DNA of 62,751 nt, the filler included, from Basidiobolus meristosporus CBS 931.73 (Eukaryota; Fungi; Basidiobolomycota): assembly GCA_002104905.1 (NCBI GenBank). It is 4 parts of 4 records of this genome, joined end to end, with 100 filler letters (N's around TTAATTAATTAA, not from the genome) between each part and the next. Parts side by side here need not be neighbours in the genome. Positions count along the whole stretch, not along the records: positions 1 to 29,342 come from MCFE01000869.1; 3 more parts are not named here. One strand, 5' to 3'. The notes under the pieces were generated by a model that worked only from the letters and a program-made list of their open reading frames with translations, searched no databases and had not been told where the DNA came from. The position numbers and the translations under genes are program-made. How positions within the stretch are numbered: position 1 is the stretch's first letter; every line of letters starts with the position of its first letter. Below, in pieces: positions 11,041 through 24,383 of this stretch.

Positions 11041-12889
11041 TGGTAGGCAAAATCTGGTACTTGGATATGTTTCTTTAATGTAAATGGAAATAAATACTTA
11101 TCACACTACAAACTGCACTGATACTTACTATTATGGTTAACATCACTCCAATGGATGGCATCTTAGTAGTTAATTGGTCCAAAAGTATCCTGAAGCCGTC
11201 AGCTCCCAATTGGCTCTTTGACCAGTACACAAGCTACCTGATTTGCCATCAAATATCCAGTTTTACCAATTGAGCAAGTAATTACTGTTCCTAGTGACTG
11301 GACAAGGTGTCATAGCAAGCATGAAGCCAATCAAACAGGTGCAAAGTGGATCAAATGGCCACACTGGTGTAACAAAAGATGTATATATATGCAGGGTGTT
11401 TATTTATAGGGGTTCTGTCTCAAATGTGAGACAACCTTGATATTGCTTATATCAAAAATTTAGTGGTCACTGATTTTCGTTGGCTTGAGTTGGATTGCAA
11501 AAAAATGTGTTGTTCAGATCATGACAAGTAATAGCAATTCAATGCAATTGCATCATCTTCTAGGTTTTTTTCTCACAGGGGTTACTACTGAAGCATTTGG
11601 CAGTGATTCACTTTGCACACCTAAACTACTTCCTTCCATCTATCCTCTTTGCTACTAGTGTTTTTGTAGTCAGTATTTTGCCTCCTAGTTCATGAGTGTG
11701 ATGCTGCAGCTTGGCCATGCTTAATTGCTCTGGATGATGCTACTGAACCAGCTTACAGTACTACATGCTGACACATTCTTTTACTTGCCATAGACTCTGG
11801 TGGTGGAGGCACTTCATGTGGGTCATCATCAGTCAGTTCACCAGAAGAAACCTGTTGATGGTTGGGTGTTATGGCATGCACAGGTGCAACTTGATGCGCT
11901 GGAATGGCCCTTGGCTGAGATTGATGTAATGCTACTTGTTGTTGCAATCTGGCCCACTCCACTGGACTTGTGTCTGAATCAGCAGTTTGGCAAGCTCAGG
12001 TGGTTTTGCTCTGAAGCGCACACATTAAACAAACATGCATTGACTTGATGCAAGGCACTCTTGTGAAGGGTGTTGGCATAGTTTTGACTGACACACCAGT
12101 GTGCTGAAGCTGCAAGAGATGGTTAGGAATCCAGTAAAGAGTACTGGCACACTCTAGATGCTGTTATTCACACTCTGTATTCTTCCTCTTGAAGCTCACC
12201 TTCTGATTCTTCAAGGTATTCACTTACCCTCTGACACTTTGGAACTGTTGCCTGGATGAGTCCTGTGTATATTGCTCTTGGAAGCCACTTAGCTCTACTA
12301 ATATATCATGCAATACATTAGTCAATTGAGGCAAAAACTCATTCAAAATCTCTTTGGTTCCCAGAGTTGAGGCACAAACGGACATGTCCAGCCCATACTG
12401 TAGAAATTGCATGCAAAATTGTTCCCACATAGCTTCTTCATCAAATCCCCTCACTCTCAGCTCATTCCTGATTTCAACACTTGTCTTATTATGTATCTTC
12501 TTACATACATCTGCTGGCATCTTGATGGATAGTTCATGCCACAGCTTTCTACTCAGGTTTGTCCATCTCTGTTGGCTTTCTGAGGTATCTAGTTCTGCTA
12601 GAGTAATGAGTAGTGCCCCAATATCTGTATGAAGGCTCATCATAGACACTTAGGCTACACTAAAGTCATTTGGCAAGTACTCAAACAGATCCAACAATGA
12701 CTTCCCCAGCGCAGACCATGCTTGAGAGCTAGGGGATGGGTTTTGTCTGGGTTGTACTAAAGATGAGTTGAGACTTGGTATAGGGACCATAGTGACAGAT
12801 TTGAATACTTAGACTTGTGAGTAAAACATCAATAAAAATACCAATTCATTGTTTGAGGATGATTTTTGCACCACAGTAATGGGATACAT

Positions 12890-13880
12890 GGCAATTGATG
12901 AAGATTCAATTATAATGCATGGAATATCAGATAAATTACACCCACTGTGCCAAATTGATTCAAATCACCTCAGCCCAATTGTCTACCAGCTCTAATATGG
13001 CTTACTTATCTGAATAGTCTTTTCTCATCAATCCCATCACTACCACTGGATTTCCTTTTGACACACTAGAGGAGATCTATACAAAGTACTGTGGGCCATC
13101 TACCCCAATTAACTTAAGGAGATCCCTTGTTAACTTCTGTGCTATAACAAGAATGACTGCCCAACAAGGATTTATACAACCATCCATGGCAACAAAAGTC
13201 CTAGAAGCTTTCATTCCTTGCTGCCAACAATGGAGAACCACCTTGCAGAGGGTAGGAATGACTTAGAGCAAGCTTCAAATACTAGGCCCAGAGGCTCCAA
13301 TAGACTTCCATATCCCAGAGTGCTCAGCAGTAGGTTCCATATAAGGAGTATTTTGGATACCTTCCCAGTCAGGATTAACAGACCTTCTAGAGGGCAGAGG
13401 CACTTTTATTCTGGCAAGTACAAGGCACAATGTGTGAAGTTTCAAGCACTGCCTGACATTGAGTGTAACATCATCTAGTTTAGTGGGCCATTTGCCGGAA
13501 GTTGGCCTGATAAAGCACTCTGGGTAGCAAATCATCTAGAATGCAATAGAGGTGAGAAATATATGGCAGACTTAACTTATATAGAGGAGGATTGTCAGAG
13601 ATTAGGATGTATTACAGCTTGATTGAAGCCAAGGAATGGTGTGCTTAGCAGGAAGCAGAAGCTCTACAAAGAGATATTTGATCATTTCAGAGTGAGGGTA
13701 GAGCATACATTTGCTTATCTGAAGAGATTCGGCATATTGGCAGGTAAATACAGAGGAAAGTCATATATAGGAGAGAATAGCAAAATAGGTAAAATAGATA
13801 AGATACTTATCAATGCACAGTACATTCATATAAGAAGATACCCACTGAGGGAAATGTGTCTGGAGCATTTTGATGAGTAA
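12890..13880 (+). pseudogene. DDE_Tnp_4-type (PIF/Harbinger/ISL2EU-like) transposase pseudogene
   Basis: ILDTFPVRINRP...FYSGKYKAQCVKFQ...SGPFAGSWPD...RVRVEHTFAYLKRFGILAGKYR, broken by in-frame stops. Confidence 0.8.
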
Positions 13881-14049
13881 ATATAGCAAGGAAAGCACTT
13901 CCTTGAGCAACATAAGTAAGATTGAGTAAAATTGCCAGTAAATATATCCTACCACTGGCATTATGGTAGAAACTATAGTGCTAGATGGTGCCATTGAGTG
14001 CCAGATCAATCCAGCACTATAAACAGGCTGGCACTATGTGACACTATCC

Positions 14050-16387
14050 AACAGAACAGGTCTATTGCACCTACATGAATGTAAGATTCAATGATGATCC
14101 ACCATAGTAACAATTATAAATAAAGTTGTGGCATCAAATACACACATATATGTAGCACTATTTCCCCTTTGGTTTAACTTACTTCCATATGTATGCCGCC
14201 AAAAAATAAAGCAAAGTCATCTGCTACCCAACCAAACCCCACAGATGACAGCAACAGAAGAACATTTGGTTAACAGCTTGCTTTGCCATTCAGTGCACCA
14301 GCAAGTGGCTATCATAACACCTGCACCGCCTATTTTAGCAAGTATGTTGTCAGCTCATACCAAAGCATTGATGAAGCAATTAGGTGCAGTGGCTGATGGG
14401 ATAGATGCAATGGCCCATAGAAATCAGGAAATAGTCCAGAAACAGGATGAGCAGATAATACATGTAGCACAATCAATATTCCAGGTAGAGAAGGCAGCAT
14501 CTTTGCTGCAAAGAAGGAACTCAGGTAGCTCAATGTCACAGGCAAAGTGAGCCATTTCCCAATGTAATAGCAGAGGAACACCATAGAGTGTTTGAAGCAC
14601 AACAACAGCGCCCAAAGATAAAGCTCACAGAAAAACCTATAACAGCGTGGGAGGGAGACAATGTGGTGTTTATACCAGAGCCTAAAAATCAAAAGACACT
14701 GAAGATCTGTGAAGCCATTGAATGCAATAATAAAGAGTGGGCTGATATTCAAGAGGCTGCCAGAAGTCTAGCATGCCATCATCTTAAGGCCAGCATACCA
14801 TGAGACCGTAAGGAACGCAAGGCCAAGCAGAATGCACTTGACTTGTTCCATGAGTATTATCCTGGATTCAAACAGGCAAATGGATTTTGGTCCAGCATTG
14901 GTATGCTAAGAAAGTATATTAAGAATATCAGAATCTATCAAAGGCACAAGAACAAGGATGCCATGGCTAAAAACCAGCAGCTTCCCTAAGAGCCCATTAC
15001 AAGCAGGGCTGAAAGCTCCAGACAAGCATCAAAGTGACATCAGGTAGCTGGAAGAGGGCCAATTAGGGACAAGCAGGCAGACACAGATGCACCAGCACAA
15101 TTTTTATCAAGGAAAAAGTGTAGAACCACTCAAGAAGCTCCCAGTCAAAGTAGCAGTGAAGGAGCTGGCAGTGATAAATATTGGCCACTTTTACAGGAGC
15201 CTGTCACAACTACAATTGAGAGCTCAAAACAAGCAGAAAAGAAATGTCAGGTTGCCAGAAGATGGCCAGCAAGGGACAAGAAGGCCAAAACAGATGTGTC
15301 AGAGCAGAATTTATCCAGGAGAAAATCTTGTTCTTTACAAGAAGCCTTCAGACAAAATAGCAGCCAGAGACCTGGCAGTGATCAAGGAAAAGGTAAAGGG
15401 AAAAATGTCTACAAAAGCCTGAGACAGGCAAGCATATAAAAGAAACTGCAGTTCCTGCCAATTAATGCCGCAAGCCCGGAACAGACTGAATCCCATCATA
15501 GCCCAGAAGATTTACCAACAACAAAAGAGCTGTTTTCACAAGAGTTGGAAGTGCAGCCAGTTGAGCTACACTCTAGCAAGGTAAATGAGTTTGCTGAAAA
15601 AGACAATTTGTCTACCACAGCCTCCACTTCCTCTACTGTTAACAGTGTGGAGATCCCACTGACAGACAAGGTTACAATATTGAGAGCACTAAAGACTATC
15701 ATAATGCCTTCAGTGTATTTTGGCACATTAATAGGCACACCAAAAGGTTGCAGCACTAACAAAGAAAATGCACTTGAATATTGTAAGGATTTATTGCAAA
15801 GACTAGCAGATGAGGTTCTAGACCTTGCAGTGCCAGCTGAAGACCAGGACATGTGGGAACCAGTGAATGAACAGTGGCATAGAGCCATTGGGTTCCTGCC
15901 AAAGTTGTGAAACCAGAGTATAACAACAGAAATACTTGTTGAGTGGAGGATTTTGATAGAGTTACTTGTTGGGTATGGGGTTGGGCTTAATGTTAGTGTA
16001 GGATATAGGGACTTGTATAGGTCAATACAATTGGCAATTGGGGTACAACTGAAGTTTTAATGGAAATAAATAAGTTTATACACATGAAAAGTAAGAAACA
16101 ATTGAGTCAGGCAGCAAGGAGTGTGAAAAACCAATCAATGCACACAAACATACAAGGTAACAGAGTGTATGGGATCTGAGAGTGAGCAAATTGGCAGGGA
16201 ACCAATCAAGAGCAACTTATACACTGTTGTGATGAGAAATTTTGACCATGTTTTTGTGAAATCTGGGGTATAATTATTTTTCAATGGTCTCTGGACTCTG
16301 TCCTTATGGGATCAGTACCACTTAGTCATGGCACTTTAACTTTGTGACAGCCTTTTGATGAGATCATCTCAATAATTTCATATAGGG
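14050..16387 (+). mobile_element. CACTA/CMC element arm with decayed second ORF and terminus
   Basis: Homologous to 23100-24370, 18490-19187 and the reverse of 40344-42780. Ends ...catataggg. Confidence 0.7.
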
Positions 16388-16591
16388 GACCAAGAAAAAA
16401 CCAGCATACTTTGGTAGAGCTTTTGTAATAAAAATTAGTTGCTTGTTGCTCCAACCCAACTGTGCATTACTTAACAGATTACCCACTCATTGGGGCCTCT
16501 TAGCTTCTCAATTCTATAGGCATAGGTAACTCCTTGTGCACATTTGTCCTCAATATTTTCCACTCTTCCTGGCTGTCCTCCATGCACCAGC

Positions 16592-18420
16592 TGTCATGAG
16601 CACATGACAACCATGAACACCCATGCCAAGTTTTAGCTTCCTAGCTCAATTTCTAAGAAATTCCTTCTGGAACCCTCTACCACCTTCCAGAAAGTTCCTG
16701 ACTATTTGAAATCATTGTTACACAATGGAACACTCCATGGAAGCTTCCCATTGTATTTTCATAGTTCATTACCGTAAATGGAAATACCAGGTCACATGAC
16801 GTAGTCACATGATCAGGTGACCCAACCCATTTCCCCATCTGGTTTCAGTGCCTTGCCTTCTATATTATGATCCCTAGCACTGCTGCTGTGCCTCACCCCA
16901 CAACCCCATTAGTATTAGCTAATATATCTTGGCATCAGTATAGCCAAAAAGTATATATAGTCCTTTCCCCCATTAAGTATTCCTCAGTCTGATAAACACA
17001 GGTCTTGAATAAACAGCCTTGCCTTGAATCCTGTCTTGCCTTGATGGTCCACACCTAAGTCCTTTCCTGCTGTGCCTAGCTTTTCCTCCTGCCTTGTGTC
17101 TATTCATAACAGTTTTATAAGACTCTCCTGACTTACCTATGAATCCCTGCCTTCTGCCCAAAGTTTTAAGAAAACTTGTAAAAGAATACTCACCATAAGT
17201 ATCACCCATCATCTTTCCCTAGTCTTGTCCTATAAAGGCAAAGATACTTTATCTTTGTAAAACTATTGGTCAAAGCTGCATTCACTTGATTACCCTGCTG
17301 GTGGAGTTTACAGTTGTTACAATATTGGAAGCTTTAGTACAATACTCTATCAAAGGACGTCAAAACCAGTACATTCTGAAGTGACACTAACTTATTCAAG
17401 TTGGGGATTGTGGCTTAATAGTTATATTCTTGACATACTAGTGGCTTTACAAACCTACAATCTAGTTTAGTATATTCCAGTATTCCTTGCAAGTGCATCC
17501 GCCTTCCTCTCCTACCATGTCCAACCTAGAGCTGAACTTTGCCCAGCTCATGGCTGCCTTTACCCAACTGCAGCAAGACCATGCAGGCCTCAGAAACACT
17601 CTTGCTCAGTTCCAGAACCAAAGTGTACAGCAAACTAGCCATGTCCTAGTCTACCAAGAACCCAAGTATACTCCTGCTACCAAGTTCAATGGCTCTCCAA
17701 ATGTATTCCATGGCTTCATCAACATGGTGAAGAGCAATCTTGCACTCCAGCCCAACTGGTACCCCACTGACCAGGCCAAAGTTGGTTTCATCTCCAACCT
17801 CCTTACTGGTACAGCTCTCAAGTGGTTCTCCCCATTAGTGGAAACCAACTCTCCCCTCCACAGAGACTACCAAGCTTTTCTCACTGAAATGAAGCTAACA
17901 TTTGGTAACCTTGACCAAGCCAGAACTGCTGCCAACAAGATCAAGACCCTCAAGCAAGGGAGCAAACCAGCATCAGTCTATGCCTCAGAATTCCAACAAC
18001 TCTCCAGTGACCTCAGCTCCTGGGGTCAAGCAGCCTTGATAAGCCAATTCCAAGATGGCCTCAATGATGAAGTTTGTGATCTGCTACTCACACTCCTAGA
18101 TCCAGATATACTGATTGAAGCTATGCACCAAGCAATCCGGTGTGATAACAGACTATTCCAGAAGAAGCAAAAGAACCGTCAAAGACACATTCCTGTTGCA
18201 GTCCCAGCCCCTCCTGCTCCCCAAGTCACTCCAGAAGATCCTATGCAGATTGATAGTGCCAAATACAAGAAACTCTCAAAGAGTGAATAGTCCAGACATC
18301 CACAAGCAAACCTCTGACTATACTGTGGCCAACCAGGTCACTTTGCCAAGTCCTGCCCCAACAAGAAGTCCAGCTTCAAGCTGATGCAGTCCTCCAGTAA
18401 GCAACCTCAGTAAGCAAGAT
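16592..18420 (+). mobile_element. Truncated Ty3/gypsy element (family D): probable LTR ~16592-17460 and gag with zinc knuckle
   Basis: Gag (ATG ~17516) has retrotransposon-gag/PEG10-like motifs (KVGFISNLLTGTALKWF...LKQG..PAS.YASEFQQL). After a stop comes LYCGQPGHFAKSCP. LTR bounds are approximate. Confidence 0.8.
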
Positions 18421-18489
18421 CCTGTCATTCACCATATCCCACCAAGTCAAATCCATGAAATCTCCAGACCCTGATAACCATGAAAAGAC

Positions 18490-19187
18490 TGTGGCCAACA
18501 GTTCAACAGCCCACACCAAGAGGTTGCAGCACTTATTCAAGAGCAGTGCTCAAGAAAACACACTGGAATATTGCAGGGATTTATTGCAAAGACTGGCAGA
18601 TGAGGTGCTAGACCTTGCAGTGCCGGCTGAAGACCAGGACATGTGGGAACCAGTGAATGAACAGTGGCACAGAGCTGTTGGGTTCCCACCAAAGTTGTGG
18701 AACCAGAGCATTACAGCAGAAATACTTATTGTGTGGTGGATTTTAATGGAGTTACTTGTTAAGTGTGGGGTTGGACTTAATGTTAGTGTAGGGTATAAAG
18801 ACTTGTGAAGGTCAATACAATTGGCAATTGAGGTACAACTGAAGTTTCAATGGAAATTAATAGATCTGTACACACAAAAAGTAAGAGAAATGGTTAGTCA
18901 AGAAGTAAGGAGTATGAAAAGAGGCAATAGCCAAGCAATGTACACAAACATAGGGGGTGTTTGATTATCTGGGATCAGAAAGTGAGCAAATTGGCAGGGA
19001 ACCAATCAACAGCCACTCATATATTGTTGAGATGAAAAATTTTGACTCAATTTTTTGTGAAATATGTGCTGAAATAATTTTTAACAATCTCTGCATGGTG
19101 TCCTGACAGGGTCAGTACCTATAAGTCACAGGACTCAGAGTTTGTGACGGCCTTTTGATGAGATCATCACAATCACTTTTCATAGGG
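18490..19187 (+). mobile_element. CACTA/CMC terminal fragment
   Basis: Near-copy of 15750-16387, ending ttttcataggg. Confidence 0.7.
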
Positions 19188-19194
19188 AAGTCAA

Positions 19195-19403
19195 TAAAGT
19201 GAGATCTCATAGGGTGATGATGATGCAATAAATAAGTCATCAGGCACTACCTACATTGAGAAGTACAATTATTCAGCAATTGATGTGGCAAAATGCATAT
19301 AGGGGGTTGTTGGTATCTCAATAAAGATCTGTTCAGGTTTTAGCAAATACATTACTGGCAAAACTCCCTATTCCTCTACAACTCCCATATAAAATCTTGT
19401 AAC
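19195..19403 (+). mobile_element. Gypsy family-F LTR, 3' fragment
   Basis: gggtgatgatgatgcaat...cttgtaaca. Confidence 0.75.
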
Positions 19404-20021
19404 ACTTCTTGTATTGTACTTTGTTTTCTCCTTGATGAATGCTGCCATGGTGTATCTGTTTCAGTCTTACTTATGACAGTATAGTGGGGTCACCATGACA
19501 CCCACTGACAGATATGCCCATTTCCATATTTTCCACTTCCTTATATTCTACAACACTTATTTTAGCTTTATCCAATTTGTTTTATATGACCAGTACCATC
19601 CTAAAAGCTAGCTACCTCTGATACTTACTAATTTATAACATATGTTATCCCTCACTTGATATAAGATTGCTATATTTATGTGCTTCTATATTAGGCAGCG
19701 TACCCATGCCAGAATCCATAATGCATTGCCAAACTGTGCCACCATCCTTGGCATTTCCACATTATATATGATATCCCAATGTTAAGCAGGCTTCACAATA
19801 TTGATCCCAGATTGGTTTGATGTGCTGAACTTGTTGGAACCTCTCACCATCTATTTACAGCATTTTTAGCTCATTTGGACAACATCATGGATAATATTGA
19901 TCTCCAACACCTTTTGGAACACTTTGATTTGTAATTACTCAGCTGGTGAGGAAAGTATATAAGAGAGGCAATCCCTCAACAATAAACCATCATATGTTTT
20001 ATCAGTATACAGACATGTTGA

Positions 20022-20370
20022 TGTTGAAATAATTAGGACTCCACCTAATTATTAATATATTATGAACTAGCACTTAGTGAAATGATATATTTCAGATTAT
20101 CAACATGAAAATTAGTTCGTAAGATATTTACTAATTGTTAGGAATTAGAGAAGTACAGAATTTTAGGAAAATCTGAAACTTGTCCAAATGAGCTGAAACT
20201 TGGCACATGTACTCCTGAGACTCCCCTAATAATGACCAAATAGTCACATCTATGTAGTTCTGCAATAAGTATAAATACTGTGTTGCAACTCAATAAAACA
20301 CCAAGTGAATATCATGTAAATCTTTTAATTCTCCAATTCACTACCAATATATCTCTCTAATATTTCAACA
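20022..20370 (+). mobile_element. Solo LTR (family E, 349 bp), 5-bp TSD GTTGA
   Basis: TGTTGAAATA...TATTTCAACA inverted ends. gttga at 20017-20021 and 20371-20375. Internal TATAAAT and AATAAA. Confidence 0.92.
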
Positions 20371-20534
20371 GTTGATTGGTGTGATCACTGCAACCTGCTG
20401 CTACCTGAGCTTCCAATCCTAGACCACAGGACACTCCCAGGAAATTGTGCTGACAGCCAACTAACCTTGGAGGCACTACTTGTGAGGAATACTCAGAGTA
20501 GCTACTTTTGCAATGAATTCCTCCTGAATATCTA

Positions 20535-20902
20535 TGTTGTGGTATGTTGCTTGGATGTCTAAGCTTGATCAGCTTTTAGTCAAATTAATTGGTTTTATAT
20601 TTAGCCTATCTGTATATTAGTATATCTATCAAATCAGTAGCATTAGTCAGCAAATGAATCCGCAGATCCTTATCAGACAGCAATGGATATATTAAGTAGG
20701 ATCTTATTGGGTGATGATGATGCAATCAAATGAGTCACCAGCCACAACCTGCATTAGGAAATACAATTAGTCAGCAATTGATCTGGCAAAATGTATATAA
20801 AGAGCTGCTGGAACCACAATAAAGATCAGTTCAAGTTTTAGTGCATACAATACTAGCTAAACTCCCTATTCCTCTACAACTCTTATATCAAGACTTGTAA
20901 CA
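20535..20902 (+). mobile_element. Gypsy family-F LTR
   Basis: TGTTGTGG...TGTAACA, collinear with 9656-10024. Confidence 0.88.
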
Positions 20903-21409
20903 AAGGAATACTTAGAGTCATTATCTTCTATTATATTTAATACTTTGCTAAGTTTGTTCTTTTACTAACATAGATATATTTCTGCCTTTGAAACTATTGA
21001 CCACAGCTGCATCCTTATCAAGTCCCTGCCAGTGGAATTTATAGTTGCTTTGACTTTGGAAGCTTTGGTACATTGCTATCTCAAACAATGCTAAACCCAG
21101 TCCATACTTCTGTACAGATGCAACCAAGTTGGGGATTGAAGCTCAATTTTTTTACCTTGACAAATGGTGGCTTTATTCCCCTTCACATTAGAGTAGAGAC
21201 AAAACCCAAGTATTCCTGGGAAGCTTTTGCCAGAGGTTACTGTACCCATTGAGCACCCCATTCACATTACATTTGCAAAGTGTAAGATGTATCTCTCCCC
21301 CAAGCCTATGCACCCCCACATATTTGTCCGCCAATATGGGGGGTTCATACAAGCTCTCTAGAACTCAACAAGATTTACCAGAAGATTTGAGTAAATGTCA
21401 ACTTGTTGA

Positions 21410-22105
21410 AAAGAGACTACTTGTATCAGCAACAAGTTAGACACAAGTGAGCTTAGCAAGACAGAGTTTGAGAGCCCTTAGGAAAGGTACCCAGATGTTT
21501 CTCATGGCATTTTTACAGTATGATTTTTCCCCTTCAGTACCCCAAAAAGTACAGACTCTCCTGAAGGAATATTCATATGTGTTTCCACATGAACTTGGAA
21601 GCCTACCACCGGTCAGAGACATGAGCCATGCCATTGGCACAGGAGATAGTCCCCCCTGTCAGCAAGACACTTTATAGGATGAGCCCATTGGAATTGGAAG
21701 AGATGTAGAGATAAATTGATCAACTATTGGAGCAAGGACTCATCAGGCCCAGCAAGCCACCTTGGGGAGCCCCAGTACTTTTTGTGAAAACAAGGTGGGA
21801 ACACTTAGGATGTATATATACTATAAAGCCAATAACTCAGTTACTGTGAAGAATAAGTACCCCATGACATGGATTGATGAGCTTTTGAACCAACTCAATG
21901 AGCCACTACATTCAGCAAGACCTCATGTCTGGATACAATTGGATTAGGGTGAAACTGGAAGATATCCCCATGACAGCTTTCAGGACCAGATATGGACATG
22001 ATGAGTACCTATTCATGAGTTTTGGCCTCATCAGTGCCCCTGCAACATTGATGAGCTTGCTGGAAGCTGCTTTCCTGGAATACTTAGACAAGTGTGTGGT
22101 AGACT
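21410..22105 (+). pseudogene. Gypsy family-F protease-RT fragment
   Basis: Degenerate copy of 26170-26850 (SPWGAP, LRMCIDY, TAFRTRYG, FGL.NAPAT). Confidence 0.85.
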
Positions 22106-22108
22106 ATC

Positions 22109-24383
22109 CCCCATGAGTAATAATTTAGTCCTACAGGTGGATCCAATCTGTATCAGCCAGCAAGATAATATCAGGAGACTGCTATATTCCCAATAGCTTG
22201 GAATTAATGACCATCTACAGATCTTAAGAAGGGATCACAACAGTAATTGGCTAATTTACAGCCGCCTGTAATAGACATACTTCTATTACCTCAACTTTAC
22301 GCCTTTTTAGTGTGATGCTTGCAAAGTTGCAATATACATTTTATTGCTGATAGCATATATATCTTGCAAACATACGCTTGGTTGCTGCCACTTCTGCCAT
22401 GAGTACCTACTGATTATCCACAAAGAGCCCTTTGGTATTTAGCCAATATATTCTTTCTCCCTGCCGGATTCTAGTTCCCCTTAAAGTTGTGTTCTGGCTC
22501 CAGTTTGTGTGAACTCTGTATTAAATGGTGTAGAAATTGGCTTGTGACTAAGAGAAATTGTGCATACAATGGAGAAATTCTCCTAATAAAAATTAGTTTC
22601 TTGTTGCTCCCAACTCAACTTTGTATTGATTAACTGGTTACCCATGCATTGGTGCTGCTTAGCTTTTTAGTGCCATAGGTATAGGGGCCTCCATGTGCCC
22701 ATCTGTCCTCAATATTTTCCAACTATTCCTGGCTGTCCTCCATACACCAGCTCATCACATCCATGACAGACTTGAAGGTAATATTCTTGATGAGATTGGG
22801 ATATGGTAGTACCTGCAACCTGACCTGTGTTCTTGTTGCCCCACATATCCACTCCAAATACCAGATTTTACCTACCACAATAGCGGTATCCAACTGAGCA
22901 CATGATGCAATCATTACAAGCAGGTATGACCGTCTGTGCTAACCACATAGTGTCAGATTGTGCCATAGTGTGCAAGATTGTCTCACATAGTGTGAAATTA
23001 TCCATGAGCAACCCTGCCTACTGATAGCTAAAGCATTGCACCCAACTGTTCTTAATGACTGCAGATTATGCCGCATGCCCTGGCATGGTACAATAGAACA
23101 AGTCTATTGCACCTATATGAATGAAAGATGCAATGATGACCTGCTGTAGTAAGCATTAGAAATAAAGGTGTGGCACCATATACACACTTATATGAAGCCA
23201 AAAAATAAAGCAAAATTGTCTGGTACCAAGCAAAACTCCACAATTGACAGCAGCAGAAAAACAGTTGGACAACAGCTTGCTTTGACATTCAGTGCAAAAA
23301 GCAGGGCAACAATCATAAAAGGCCCTGTGGATAGTGTGCCCACTGAAGCTAATAATGCAGAATCTGCAGGCTTTCTGTCAAATAGGCATTGGGAATCTCT
23401 GTGGAGCTGCAAGCTGACAATATTGTTGAGGCAGATGAGGATGTAGCAAGGTAATATCATTAGTTGAAGACCAGCAGGTGGCTGTCATTGCACCTGCACC
23501 ACCTATTTAAGCAAGTATGTTGTCAGCTTATACCAAAGCACTAATGAGGAAGTTAGGTGCAGTGGCTGACAGGATAGATACAATGATACAGAGAAATCAA
23601 AAAATAGTCCAGGTACAGGATGAGTGGATAAAAGGTGTAGCACAATCAGATTCCCAGGTAGAGAAGGCAGTATCTTTGCTGTAAAGAAGGAGCTCAAATA
23701 GCTCAATGCCACAGCCAAGAATTGAGCCATTTCCCAATGTAACAGCAGAGGAACATTGTACAGTCCTTGAAGCACAACAACAGTGCCCACAGATAAAGCC
23801 TACAGAAAAACCTATCACATCATGGTAGGGAGAAAATGCAGTATTTAACCAAAGCCCAAAAACCAAAAGACACTGAAGCTCTGTGAAGATGTTAAGTACA
23901 AAGATGAAGAGTAATCTAATATTTGTGCTGCTGTTAGAAGTCTATCATGCCAACATCTTAAGGCAAGCATACTAAGGGACCACCAGGAACTAATGGCCAT
24001 GCTGACTGGATTTGGCTTGCTCCATGAGTTTTATCCTAAATTCAAGTGAGCAAGCAGATTTTGGGCCAGCATTGATATGCTAACATAGTATCCCAAGAAT
24101 CAAGGAAACTATCAAAGGTAGAAGAACAAGGGTGCAATTGCTAAACACTATTGCCTTCCTCAAGAGCCCATTCCAAGGAGAGCCAAACACTCCAAACAAG
24201 CATCAAGGAGTTATCAAGTAGCTGGAGGAGTGCCAAAAATGGAAAAGCCAACAGATACTGATGCACCAGCACAACATTTACCAAAGAAAAAGTGCAGTTC
24301 TACTTAAGAAGCACTCAGTGAAAGCAGCAGTGAAAGACCTGGCAGTGATAAAAACAGGTGGCTCCCTCAGGAGTCCATTGCAG
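22109..24383. mobile_element. Internally deleted CACTA/CMC element (transposase tail on -, second ORF on +)
   Basis: Starts CCCCATGAG. 22560-22880 is the reverse of the transposase end at 44880-45130. 23100-24370 matches 14070-15200. Confidence 0.7.

Larger units (their letters stand above)
19480..21400 (+). mobile_element. Gypsy family-C 5' LTR (two nested inserts) with degenerate PBS and leader
   Basis: Collinear with 7693-8763 after removing 20022-20375 and 20500-20918. Followed by tgtccgccaatatggggg and a leader matching the reverse of 60840-60900. Confidence 0.85.

Noticed and set aside
11140-11390. Possible additional integrase fragment on the - strand
   Set aside because: Too degenerate to assign by eye.
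24380-24383. CpG-type target preference for gypsy family F (gcag at 24380, acag near 45199)
   Set aside because: No paired TSD is readable and other F copies have different flanks. CA is common in this DNA.
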